A stretch of 56,335 nt of DNA from Rhizaria sp. SCN 62-66. Taxonomy: Eukaryota. This document shows, piece after piece, positions 22,527 to 34,800 of this stretch; position 1 is the first letter of the stretch, and every line of letters starts with the position of its first letter. A program made the position numbers and the translations under genes. The notes under the pieces were generated by a model. That model was not told the DNA's origin. It saw only the letters and a program-made list of their open reading frames with translations, and did not search any database. The stretch lies in contig MEDY01000370.1 in the NCBI GenBank assembly GCA_001724265.1, positions 1 to 56,335 on the forward strand, given 5' to 3'.

Positions 22527-24110
22527 TCACTTCTTCTCAGCCGCAGCAAGCGTGCGCGCGCACAACTGCTCGGACAGCTCCCACAGCTTGTCCGCGGCGG
22601 CCTCATCCGCGGCCTCGGGGCTGTGGCGCGCGGGCGCGCAGTCCATGATGTAGACGCCCGCGATGCCACTTGAAGCGGCCTCAGGCGCCGTCGCCGCGTA
22701 GACGGTGGAGAAGGCGCCCGCGTGCGGGGTCTCGCGCCACAGATACATCAGCGGCAGGAACGTCGCCTCGGCGTACTTAAGGAAACCGTTGAGGTTCGAT
22801 GTGAAGTTCGTCACAGGGTTGCCTGTGTGGAGACAACAAGAGAGGCAAAAGCAAATGACACAGTATGCATTTCGATAGTAGCAGAGAGTATAACAGTGAG
22901 GATCTATCATGAGAATGAAAGAATAGCAAACTGTAACCAACACACGTAGTAGAAAACATAGATGTACACATTTAATGAAGATAAATCAGCTGAACATGCG
23001 ATATATATTGTTATATTTGGACCCGAAGATTCACGTACCGGGGTGAACACTGAGAACTGCGATCTTGCCCTTGAGCTCAGGGCTCGCGGCCACAATACGC
23101 TCCAGCTTGCGCGCAAAAAGCAGATTGGCAAGTTTGCACCGCGCATACGTCGGGAACGGCGCGTACTCGCTCTGCGTAGGCTCGCGCGCCGCGTCCGCAG
23201 CTTTGGCGTTCTTGTGCAGTGAAGAAGAGAGGACGACGATGCGACCACGCTCGTCCGCGGACACCGGGGACAGACCGAGCGGGGCGGCGACAATCGCGCC
23301 GCCGTCAGTGGCCGAGGGCGTGCCGCGGAGGCGCTTAGCCGCGGTGTCCGCCATGCGCGGCAGCAGCAGCTTCGTGAGCAGGAAGTGCCCCAGATGGTTC
23401 GCAGCGAACGACGACTCGATGTTCTCGTGAGTGAGCTGGTAACCGTTGGTGATGAGACCGGCGTTACAGACGAGCGCGTGAAGCGGCACGCCCGTGGCCA
23501 AAAACGCCGCCGCATACGCGCGGACGGAGGCCATCGAGCTGAGGTCGAGCGGGGTGTCCATCAGGGTCACAGTGCCGACAGGGATGATGTTGCCGCGGCC
23601 AACGCTGTCGGTCTCCGCGTTCTTCCCGTTACCAGCGTTAGAGCTCACCCCAGCGGCGCTGGCGGCGAGCGTGGCGGCCTTGAGCGAGCGCGTGATGTCG
23701 GCGACGGCCTCGCGCGCCTTGGACATGGACCGGCACCCGAGGAACACATGACCACCGGCGAGCGCGAGCTGACGCGCCGTCTCCAGTCCGATGCCCGCGT
23801 TGGCGCCCGTGACGATGTAGACCTTGCCGGCCGTCGACGGGACAACGGGGGGCGTAGGGCCACGAATCTCGGTCCAGTACGTCACGAAGGCGAGCGCGAG
23901 GAGCAGCACGGTGACCGGGAGCGAGCCCACGGCGGGGGTGGTGTAGGCGAGCGAGAGCGCGATGGCCGTCGCGGCCAGCGAGCGCGCAGACGGACTGTAG
24001 ACTTCAAGCATCGCGACACGGGCAATGGGGATCGTCGCAATGTAGCCGGCAATCACCCAGTTGGCAATGGACAGCACGGACATCGCGGTTGGGGCTGTGT
24101 TAAGGCGCAT
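22527..24110 (-). CDS. Short-chain dehydrogenase/reductase (retinol dehydrogenase/WWOX-like) with hydrophobic N-terminus (exons 24110-23039, 22822-22527; TGA stop)
   Basis: VTGANAGIG.ETA..LA, LDLSS..SVR, NAG, NHLGHFLLT, RIV.LSS, YARCK (YxxxK), VHPG, GA.STVYAA, A..LWELSE. Confidence 0.92.
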
Positions 24111-24702
24111 GGAGGAAAGGCGAGGCGTGGCGGAGCGACAGTGCAAAGTGCGTATCATTGAGAGGTGGTAATGAGATAAATAGAAAGTGTTAAAGAAATT
24201 GATTTTGGTATCACAATTAAGAGCACCACTTCTCATTTTTATTTGAGTGGAAGTTCTGGTGACGATCAATTAGGGTTGAATTAACCTCCGAACTGAACGC
24301 ATTCGACTCGAATGCTGCGAGCCGCGTGGTGCTTGTCGACAAAGTAGACGTCAACTTCCGGTGAGCTTTCAAGCAATACAATGAGAGACAGATAGTTGAA
24401 GAGAAGAGGATAACATGAAAGACATGTGTATTGACGCTATGTACAAACACAGGCTCGTGCAGCAGCAAGCGCGCATGCGAGCTGAGGTAAGGATTAGGTA
24501 AACTCAAGAAGAGAGACGACGGAGCTAGAGGCAAATTAGCCATGCTCTATGTGCTTTGGAGCACTTTCTGAACGTTCTTCTGACGAAAATAGATAACGAG
24601 AACACTTAACTTTGTAACAAACAGACCACTCAAGACGAGAGTCATGAAGTATGAAGCCCAAGACAGACTCCACTAAATGAAAGAGTTGCGCAGCTACTCT
24701 GC

Positions 24703-25508
24703 TTAGTTGCCGAGCAGGGCGTAGTCGTCAAGCTTGGAGTTGTACTTCATGATCGTCTTGCGGATCTTGGACGTGTCGACCCACGTGACGTGGTCCTCGA
24801 GCGAGCGCGTGACCAGAAAGGCGTGGTCCGTGACGACAGAGGGGCCGACGCGGACGTGGCCCTGCTTAATATAGTTGATCGCCTCGCGGAGGTTCTCGGC
24901 CATCTTGAGACGGCACATCACGACGGGGAGACGACGGCGGCAGATGGACGACACGGAGACGTTGTCCGCCTGCGACAGCGTAGAACCAGTGGGAATGATA
25001 CCCATCGAGTTCCTGAGAAAGCGAAGAAATGCGTAAGAGCCAGAAGTGAGAGTATAGTCGATGGATGCGGAGAAGGGCTGATTGAAGGGGATACAGATTG
25101 CATTTTTGGTCAGTATTAACATATTTCTCTACACTGGGTGTTCAGGGACTTTAGCCTGATGTTTAAATATCATCATCCAAATGCGAAGCCCGTTCGGCGC
25201 TCTCGAGAACGTGAGTGGGCGGGAAGAGGGTGGTTGGGGGGAGTTGGGGTTTAGACGTACAACTTGTGCAGGAGCATGTCCGTCATCTTAATACGGAACG
25301 GGTCGGCGGGGTCGAGACTCTTGACCTTGTGGACAAGCTTGTGGATCTCACCGACGATCTTGTTGTAGCGCATGTAGTCCTCGCGCTTCTCAATACCGTA
25401 GCGGCGCATGATCTCGCCCTCACGGATCGAGTCGTCGCTCTTCCACCGCAGAAAGTCCACCTTCTTGAGAAGCTTGGACTCATGGTGTTTTAAAGTACGC
25501 ATACTCAT
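24703..25508 (-). CDS. IMP3: U3 snoRNP protein IMP3 (exons 25508-25261, 25012-24703; TAA stop)
   Basis: [59 protein letters not shown]...I.KYN..LDDY. Confidence 0.96.
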
Positions 25509-25971
25509 GCTGCTTCAAAACTGTCAACACCGGACTAAAGGTCGCGGCGGGTCTGGGGTACGCTTATCAATGAAAACAAAACTCGTCCTGACGGACCCGC
25601 ACTCCGCTGCGCTGGTTTGACTCGTCGGTCGGTCAAAGTCAAGCCGGACCGAGCTCACGGTCACTTTTTGACTGCGATTGACTTGAATTTTGCCCTTTTC
25701 GAGTTGCTTTGCAGCTATTGCTAGGCCGTTACAAAATTTATAGTTTGTGTATTGCAATTCTAAGATATATTTCTATGCAGGGTGCACGGTTTCAGATGCA
25801 GATATGCCAGAATTACTCGGGATATCCTCGCTTATCTAACAGCCTGCAAAGCGTGACAAGACCAAAAAAGACTACGTAAACAGACCATTCCTTCCACATG
25901 AATGGTTTCAAGCACTGAATACTTGATTGAAAAAGTTGCCACATGGCGTTATAGTCAGACATATGACTGAT

Positions 25972-27102
25972 TTACGCCACGGTGAGGTCATCGTTGAAGT
26001 AGATGTGGATCGTAGGCACGAACTCGTCGGCCTCGCCCAGCACCTCGAGCTCCTCGCTCTCATCCTAAATTCGGGACAGTAGACGACAAAGATGTACAAA
26101 AGACAACGTCAAAATGAGAATATATCCCATATTTAGAAGGTAATTATTACATAATATCACGACTGAATCAAGATAAAACCAATCAACATAGAGACACACT
26201 TGTTAAGTGTACGTACCGCAATGCCGTTGTCCTCGAGCGTCTTGTCCATGTGCAGCGGGCGGCCGAGACGCTTCCACGTGTAGCTGCCCGCGTGCGCGTT
26301 GATCTTAAGGTAGCGCGTGTGGATCTCACTCAGCGCCTCTTCCGAGCACACCTCGAGCAGATGGTCCTGACCGGTGAGCTGGTTCACTATGCGCACACGG
26401 CGGGTCTTGGCCGAGACGCGGCCCACGATCGAGTCCGTGCGGGACCACCAAGGCGTGGTGATGTCCGTCGCCCACGTCGACACGGGCTCCGTTGGCGGGA
26501 TGTGCACGTAGGGACCTGTGCGAGCACACAGCGAACACGCAGAGGGAGAGGTGCAGAGGTAAGAGTAAAGAGGAGCCAAGGTTTAGTGGGAGTGCAGGAA
26601 GGGAAAATAGATCCAGAAGCGTATGAACGTGTGCGATGTAATATGAAAGCAGTAGATATATACTTGATATAAACTATCGTTCTTATTTTAGTTTGTTTTG
26701 CTGCATACCGAGGGGTGTGAAGAACATCTTGACGCCGAGGTTGGGGTCAATCCAAGTCTTGGGCTCGCGCGTGCGCTCGTCGAAGTACAGCGAGATGTCC
26801 TGGCCGGCCATGTTCAGCAGCGGCTTCGTCATCAGACCTACAGGGAGACACAGCAAATAGCAATACGGTTGACGTTATGTGAGTCGGCGCGCGAGGGGCA
26901 GTCAAGGGTGAGGAATAGGAGCAAGGGCGAGGACAGTGTGGAGCGTACCTTTGTGCTCCTTGATGAGAGGCGTAAGGTCATGGACAAGACCAAAGAAGGA
27001 AACCCAACAGTCGGAGGCGACGTTGTGCTGCGCGATTTCGGCGCGGCTGAAGTATGGGAGCTTGGCCAGCTCCTCGGCGGTCAGTTCAGGCTGCTCGCTC
27101 AT
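25972..27102 (-). CDS. CYB5D1: Cytochrome b5 domain-containing protein 1 (flagellar radial-spoke associated family) (exons 27102-26949, 26837-26709, 26515-26217, 26064-25972; TAA stop)
   Basis: EIAQHN...DCWVSFFG.V.DLTPLI, AGQDIS.YFD, TPWW, RIVN.LT...H.LEVCSEE....I..RYL..NAHA.SYTWK, PTIHIYFNDDLTVA. Confidence 0.92.
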
Positions 27103-27825
27103 CTCTGTGGTCGCTGCCCGTTACCAGCCCGGAAGGGAACCGCTCGAGCGCTATCGTAATGCAAGAAAACAGAAGTGTAAAAAGAAAAATAAGCTCAAAT
27201 CACCATGGATTTACACGGAGTGAAGCGATACCCCACTTTGGCGATCGCAAGTGCTCTATCCCAAAACAGTTTCTCAGCCTTCACCCAGCCCAAGCTTGAC
27301 CGAACGAGACCGGACCGTTGCCGCCCGACAAGCACAGGCAGCAGCCCCCTTCGGTCAATCAGGCAGGTCCCGAGAACTTCCCTTTCGATGGCGCTCCTCG
27401 CCAGCACCGTCCGTCATTTACACTGTGCTATGGCTCTCCAGATACGAATAACAATACAAACTGCATCACCATTAGTATATCTTTACTGGTCTTGTTTCCG
27501 CCGCTCTATGCATCTGGGAAGTTAGAGAGGACGATTGACACCACAAGCTGATGTGTCGGCTTCTCGGCAGGTCCTCACAGCCTCTCACCAACCTCGCTCA
27601 CCCAAATTTTCCTCTGCTATTCCACCTCACAACTCAATTACACCCCGTCTTACTTCTCACTGTCTCCACAGCGCGTTTTTCACACCTTTCTCTCGGCGTG
27701 GCCGCGTTTGTCAGCACTCTTCCTCCTAACTCGTCGCCTCCCACCCCGCCGCTGCCGCTCCGCCCCCGCGCCCGCGCCTCCGGCCCCGGTCAGACCCTTT
27801 CCTTCAGCGTGCCTTGCCCTCTACG

Positions 27826-30297
27826 ATGGCTGAGTACGCCTTACTGACGTCCTGCGGCCGCAACCGCGGTCCGTCGGTGGCCGAGCTTGACTCCTTTTAC
27901 GAGCAGCACGTGACTAATAGTCCTGCTCAGTCCTTCTACGCGACCGTCATTGGACTTGCAAACGCAGCGGATGCCAGTGAAATCGTTGCTGTTGGGTACG
28001 CATCTACTTGTTTCCGGCAGAATTCACGCTCAGCCGTGCTTTGAACCCTTGTATCACATCACTCTGGTGCTCACTCTAGGCTCACTCTAAGCATAAGTGC
28101 GATAATATTCGTTTCGTCTCATCACACATGCTCAGTGCCAACTCACATCTTCACAATTTTCGCAATTTATGTTCTTTATGTTGCTTGAATCACTGCAGAT
28201 ATATCCTCGACGTGTTCAAGGACGCCGGCGAAGTGAGCAACTTCGCGGAAGCCATGCTCGCGGCCGCCATGTTCGCCGGCATGCTCCTCGGCGGCGTCGT
28301 CCTGGGCTTCTGCTCCGACCGCTTCGGCCGCCGCGGCATCCTTGTCTGGACGCTCGCTATCAACGCTTTTGCCGGGCTTATCTCGGCCGTCGCGCCGCAC
28401 ATCGGCTTCCTCGTTCTCGCGCGCTTTGTCGGCGGCGTCGGCATCGGCGGATCGATCCCGGCATGCTTCGCGCTCGTTGCAGAGCTGACTGCGCCCGCGC
28501 AGAGGGGCCGCGCGATCATGTGGATTGCCTGGAACTGGGTCTTTGGCTCGCTTTTTACCGCGGCGTCCGCATGGCTCGTACGTTCAACTGCGTCATCGCG
28601 CAACGTGTTTAACTTCGATTGTTATACGTTCGCAGCTTTTAACGTGTTCTCCAGGACATTTCTCACAATTTCATTTTTGTCACAATTCCACTCTGTACTT
28701 CATTTGCGATTCCGTTATATTTGCGTAGATTCTGGGCTACCTCGGCGCGTCGTGGCGCTACTTGGCCGTGGTTTCTTCTCTCCCAGCCGTCGTCGGCGCC
28801 CTTCTTTCGCACCTTTACCTCCCCGAGTCGCCCTACTTCGACCTCTCTCAGAACCGCATTCCGGCCCTGCTGTCTTCGCTCCGCTTGCTCGCACAGCAGC
28901 ACACGGCGCCGCAGCGGGCCACCGCCGCGCTGGCCGCCGTGGGCCGCATGGAACGCGAGTGGAAGCGTCGTCTGCTGTCCGACCCCAGCAACGACGAGGA
29001 CGACGACAGCAACGACGAGTTTGGCGACGGCAACGGTGGTGAGAAGTTCTACAGCAGCGACAACAGCAAGAGTGATACGAGCAATGGTGCCAATGCGTAC
29101 AGCGACGCTGGAAACGAGACCGACTGTCTCGATGACTATCCGCCGAGCCAGAGCCTGAGCCAGAGCCAGAAGCAGAAGCTGCTCGCGGGCAAGAGTAGCC
29201 CCAACGCCAGCGGCGTTGCGGTGGGCAGCGCGCTCGTCGCGGGCTCGAGTCTCTCTTCAGACGCGGCTGACTTTGCGACCGGGGACTCGCTCGGCGGCTC
29301 CGGTGACGGTCGTCTCAGCGGCACGACGCTGGCGCAGCACCGGTCGTCCCCGCGCCTCACACCCGCCGCCCCCCACAGTGGCGGCAACTCCATGACGACC
29401 ACGATCGCGACGACTGCAGCCGCGGCAGTCACGTCCGGTGGCAGCCGACCCTTGCGCTCGCGCCCCAACGCGACTGCGGCGGTTCTGGCGGGGTCACCGG
29501 TGCCGCCCACGCGTTCTCGCTCGCTCTCCACGTTGAACATGACCGTGGCGGGCGTGTTTTCGGCGCTGGCGGCCGAGTTCTCGAACTGCTTCGCCATCGC
29601 CAGCACGTTGTTCCAGGGAAAACTCTTCCGCATCACGCTGCTGCTACAGTTCGTGTGGTTTTCGCTGTCGTTCTCGACCTACGGCTTCTCCGTCTGGGTG
29701 CCAGCGCTCTTCGCTCACGTCGGCTTTAAGTCAAGCCGCTTCGCCGACGCGTTCATCTTCACGCTCGCGCAGGTTCCCGCCTGCGCGCTGGGCACCTACG
29801 CCGTGGACCACGCTTCGGTCGGCCGGCGCAGGCTGCTCGTGGCGGGCGCGCTGCTGACGACGCTGTGCACGGGGATCTTTGCTGTGGAACACAGCGATAA
29901 GACGCTTGCGCTCGTGCTTGTCTGCCTGTACCAGGTCTTCACGACGCTGGCGTGGAACGCGCTTGACTGCCTCGCCACCGAATCCTTTCCAGCGCCCGCT
30001 CGGTCCACGGCGTTTGCGCTCCAGGCTGCGGCGGGGCGCGTCGGCGCTATCCTCGGCCAGTTTATGTTCAGCTACCTCATCGACGTGTCGGTGACTATGC
30101 TGCTGGGTGCCTGCGCGGCCATCACCGTCTTCACAGCTCTCGCCGGCCTCGCGCTGCCGGCCGGGCTCGGTGAGGAGGCGCACGCCGCGGCGACATGCAC
30201 CAATAGCGGCGCAGCCGCGAATGGGGACATCGGTGGCGCCGTGATGGTGGAGGGAGACTTGAAGATGCGGCAACTGTCGCTGAGTAGCAAAGGATGA
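27826..30297 (+). CDS. MFS transporter, SV2/SVOP-like, with a long low-complexity central loop (exons 27826-27995, 28199-28577, 28729-30297; TGA stop)
   Basis: GLANAADASEI, G..SDRFGRR, RF.GGVGIGG..P, E..P..QRG, LPESP, VGRR.L, ESFP...RSTA......GRVGA. Confidence 0.9.
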
Positions 30298-30313
30298 GGG
30301 TCGAGCAATGTGA

Positions 30314-30344
<31 letters not shown>

Positions 30345-31820
30345 AGATTGATACACGCGGAGAATAACTTGTGTCGTCGATTGGACTGGTTTGTGTGTCG
30401 CACAGCAGCTGTATTTTGATGCTGCGTTCGTCGCATAAGTTAAGTGCGCCTGTCGTTAAAGTTATACGTGTACATGTATCTCAAAGTGCACCTCACGTCA
30501 TTTCACTTCTGTTATTCATTCCAAAGATCACATTGACATCGCGATTTTATTAGTATGTCTCATTTAATGTTTAGCTTTTGACCACCTAATTATTTTGTTG
30601 TAATTACAACATCAATCATTTTTCAGACGCAGCATTGCACTGAACACGAATCATCGTCACTGTCGTGTACGTTTACGCTTGCGTTTACGTTTATGTTTTG
30701 AACTTTTAGTTTGAGTTTTTTGTCTGTTTCCATTGCTTTCTGTTGTTTGCTGTGGGCATTGTCCCCAGTTCCGAGTTGTTGATGCCATTGTTGTTGTTCG
30801 AGGAATGTTTTAATGTGACACGCTTCAGTGTTTCTGCTCATCTCTAGCTTTTCGAATGCGGAGCTTGTCGTGTCTGCATCTGACTGCTTCAGTAGCATAA
30901 CTACACACGTTTTTTTGCGTGCATATCTACCACAATACATCACATCAATAGCCTGGTCCTGTTTCAGTGTCCCTGTCTGCGTTGTACACCCTCACATCTC
31001 CGCTTCATTGTTTCCGAAAGATGTGTGCTTGATACTTTCAACGATTTCTTTTAAAAATAGTAGATACACATGAAACTACTTTTTTCTTCACCATACACTT
31101 TCTTGCGACCTTTGCGCGGCAAATAATGTTTGTTGTAACCATTACAATGTACTTTTTGTTGTGACAGCTGACGACTAGTGGAGGACGACTAGTGAACTCG
31201 TCGGCGCGTAGCTGATTAGAAAAGTCGATGCAAAATCACATGTTTAGTTAAACACGGTGATTTAATCACAGATTCTACTTGAGCGCGCGAAATAACGTAT
31301 AATATATTTACGATAATCGTGGTGACGATCAGAAAAATGAGATATTATCCATTTCTGTCCATTTCGGACGCCGCAAACTTCAGCATCTCCTACTGCTACA
31401 ACTTACGCTCATGTACTCGCTATACATTTTCACCCGCAATGTCAGGCTTTGTACGGTGTTGTTTTCTTTTGTTTCCCCCATTCGACAATTTTCCTTGTGC
31501 TATTGCGTTGTATTCTTTTCTATCTCACTCCCTCTCCTGCGTCACGTCATTGCTCCGGCTTCGCGGTTCATCCGCTGTACCCACTATAAACTTCACAGGA
31601 ATCGGTGTCTGCTCTCTGACTTCGTTGCTTGACGCATTCTATTTTGCTGCCCACTTCGATTACGGCTATCCCGCGGTTGGTAGCGATACACTTGCTTGTC
31701 CCAGCTCCAGTCGCAGTCTCGTAGCTCTCGTCGTCGACTGCCATCCGCCACCGCTGCAGCGGACGCGTTCACAGCGTGCCCACCTTCAAGTCAGTCTTGT
31801 TTGACTGATCACAGGACGCG

Positions 31821-34800
31821 ATGAAACCCGCTTCGCCGCTGTTTTCGACCCTTGTGGTCAAAGACATGCGCATTAAAGTGCGCTCCTAGTACGTCTCGTG
31901 CACTCGTAACTTCCGTCGTCAAGTACTATTCGCACGACAGATAAATAGGCGTGCACATGTGGTGAAGTGAAGCTAATTACGCGTGAAACTTCATCTTTAG
32001 CTTGTTCGTATATTTTCTATTACTATCACCTGACAATCCGTGTTCTCATTACTTAGTTTACTTTGTCTTACTTTTCTGTGCTGTTCCACAACAACTTTCC
32101 GCCGCAGTCTCTCGTTTACTTTCGAGCTTTTGCTGCCGATTCTCACCATCGTGGTCTTGGGCATCTTTTCCTCCAACATCTACGGCGCCGCACAGCTTAA
32201 GGCCAAGTCCACTGTTTCGTACGTACCGCTTATGACAGCACAGACCGCGTTCATCAAGTTTTCCGAGTCGGCCGCATGGATCCTCGCGACCGTCGACTAC
32301 CCGTTCGTGTACGTCGGCCCCGACGAGGGGTGGGAATCGTTCAAACAGTATTTGACGTCAGCCCGCGACGAGCAGGGCGTTGCTCTTATCACGGAAAAGC
32401 ACGTCTCGCGATTTGCCTCCCGTGCCGCGCTGATGGACGCTCTGGTCAAGACAAATCCGAACATAAAGTACGAAGAGACCTCGATCTTTCTCGGCGTGGT
32501 GGAGACTGAGACGCTCTTGGCGGACTCGGTAAAAGCTGATATCGCGAGAAGCCGTGAGACGCAAGTGAATGGTGTGGCGTTTGGCTCGTCGCACACATTC
32601 AACAGCCGCGTTTTCACGGCGACAGTCCCTGCTCAGGCGAGCCAGCCAACAACGCGGACCGGCGACGAGAGTGCAGCGATGCCGAGTACTCTGGGCAGCG
32701 CATCTCATTCCGCTATGAGCAGCAGCAGCGGCGGCGGTGGCGTGCTGCACCACGTCGAAATCATCCAAGCCTCGTCTTACACTTTCCGCGAGGCGCGCGC
32801 GGCCGCCGTGATGCCCACACACGCGAGCGCGCTGCCGGACGTAGACACCTATAGCTTGCGCGGGGTGTTTACCGTTGTCGAGGGGCTGCGCGCGCGATTG
32901 CTGCGCAAGTACGGCGCCATGACATTTGTGGATCCTCCTGTCACACCAAAGGCAACTGCTGCTTCTCGTGCTGGAAGCTCTGGTGTGAGTGATGACGGCG
33001 ACACTGACGTGTTGACTGTTGCTGCAGTTGCACTGTCGCTGCGCTTCCACGTCGCCGGCGCCCCATCCCTCGAGGGCGTTGCATTAGCACTGCTGCGCCG
33101 CGGCGACTTGGGCATCGCGACTGGCATCACACTGGCATTTTTCCCACCGTTCCTGCTTCTTCTCACGGCTATCCTCGGCGAACGCGAGACAAAGATGTAC
33201 GAAATGCTTCGCGTCACCGGGATCAGCCTGTCATCGCTCGCATTGTCTTGGTGTGCGACATATGCGATCACATCAACCGCGGTTGCCGCCGTCTCAGCAG
33301 TCGTAGCTTGGGTGACACTGCTTCCTAACACGTTACCCATCATCATTTTCCTGCCGCTCTGGCTGGCCTCTCTTAACGCCATTGCGCTCGCGTTGTTTCT
33401 CTCCGCGACGTTGCGCTCCATCCGCGCTGTGCAAATGGTTGGTGCAGTTGTCTTTGCGCTCCTATGCGCCTTGTACAGCGCAGTCGAGTCTGCCGCAGTG
33501 ACTGACGCAACCCTGCCGATCAAGCAAACCCGTGGCACGCTGATCATCTTACACGCGCTCTCGCCAGCAGGGCTTATGGCGTCGATGAACTGGCTGCTGC
33601 GCCGCGCGCGCGAGTCGGCTGGTGTGAGCTTCTACGACGTTCCTGTCACTAATGACGGCGTGTCAATGCTTTCGATCATGACGGCACTTGCCACGGGCGC
33701 TATTGTATTTTTCTTATTGGGAGTTTACTTGTACGCTGTTGAGGCCCACGCCAGAAACGAGAAGGTGCACTGCTCAACGCTGTTCGCACCTTTCGTGTCG
33801 CTTGGACGCGCCCTTTGTGCTTGCTGTTGCCCGCGCTGCTGCGGAGGCAGTTCGGCCCGACACCGCCGCGCGACCCAGGGCGGCAACAGTTTGTTGGGTG
33901 TTAAGCATACGGAGAGCAACGGAGACTACGATGATTATGACTATGATAATGCTGAGGAAGAGCGTCTTTTCTCGGAACCTGCACGTCACCATCCATGCGC
34001 CGTGATCGAACCAAACAGTGATATCCCCATTCAAGCAGAGCGGAAACCTTCGTCGTTGGCATCACCACTCGCCCATGGTAAGATGTATTATAGTACGAGC
34101 AGCCGTGGTGGTAGCACGCGTGATTTACGTTCTGGCAGTGACTCTGTGGATGTCAGCGTAGCTCGCGGGCATAGTAGTGCTGACTCTAACGGTGACCAGA
34201 ATCGCAGTGCGAACAACTTTGTTGATGCCAGTGTCTGTGACTCTCACTGTCATGGAGATGACCCTGAGATCGTGCGCATCCGTAACCTGCGCAAGGAATA
34301 CCCTGACAGTAATCTCGTTGCTGTCAAACGGTTTAACTTAGACATCCACCGCGGTGAACTTTTCGCGTTATTGGGACACAACGGTGCCGGCAAGAGCACA
34401 ATTCTCAACACGTTAACGGGCATGTGCAGTCCAACCGCGGGCGGTGCTCGCATTGATGGCGTTGACATTCGTTACCACAACCGCGCTGCTGCCGCTGCGG
34501 TTGCCGAGGCTGATGTTGATTTTGGACTCGGCATGAACCGCAATAGTAGCGATGCGCGTCGGTGGCGCAGGTGGCGACGGCGCGCTTTGTTGCGCGGTCC
34601 GTCGATCGGTTTCTGCCCGCAGCACGACGTGTTGTATCCTACGCTCACACCACGCGACCACTTCGAGCTCTTTGCCCGGCTCCGTGGAGTTCCCAGCGAC
34701 AAACGCGACGCCGAGGTCGAGAAATGGCTGATCGCACTGAACCTGAAGGGCCGCGGTGACGGCTTGCAGAACGACGGTGCTTCTGCGTTGGCTCCGACCG

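Noticed and set aside
30314-31060. 26-nt poly-T tract and a weak minus-strand ORF (30623-30943) as a retro-copy
   Set aside because: No target-site duplication or recognisable domain. The sequence is AT-rich and an upstream TGA breaks the frame.
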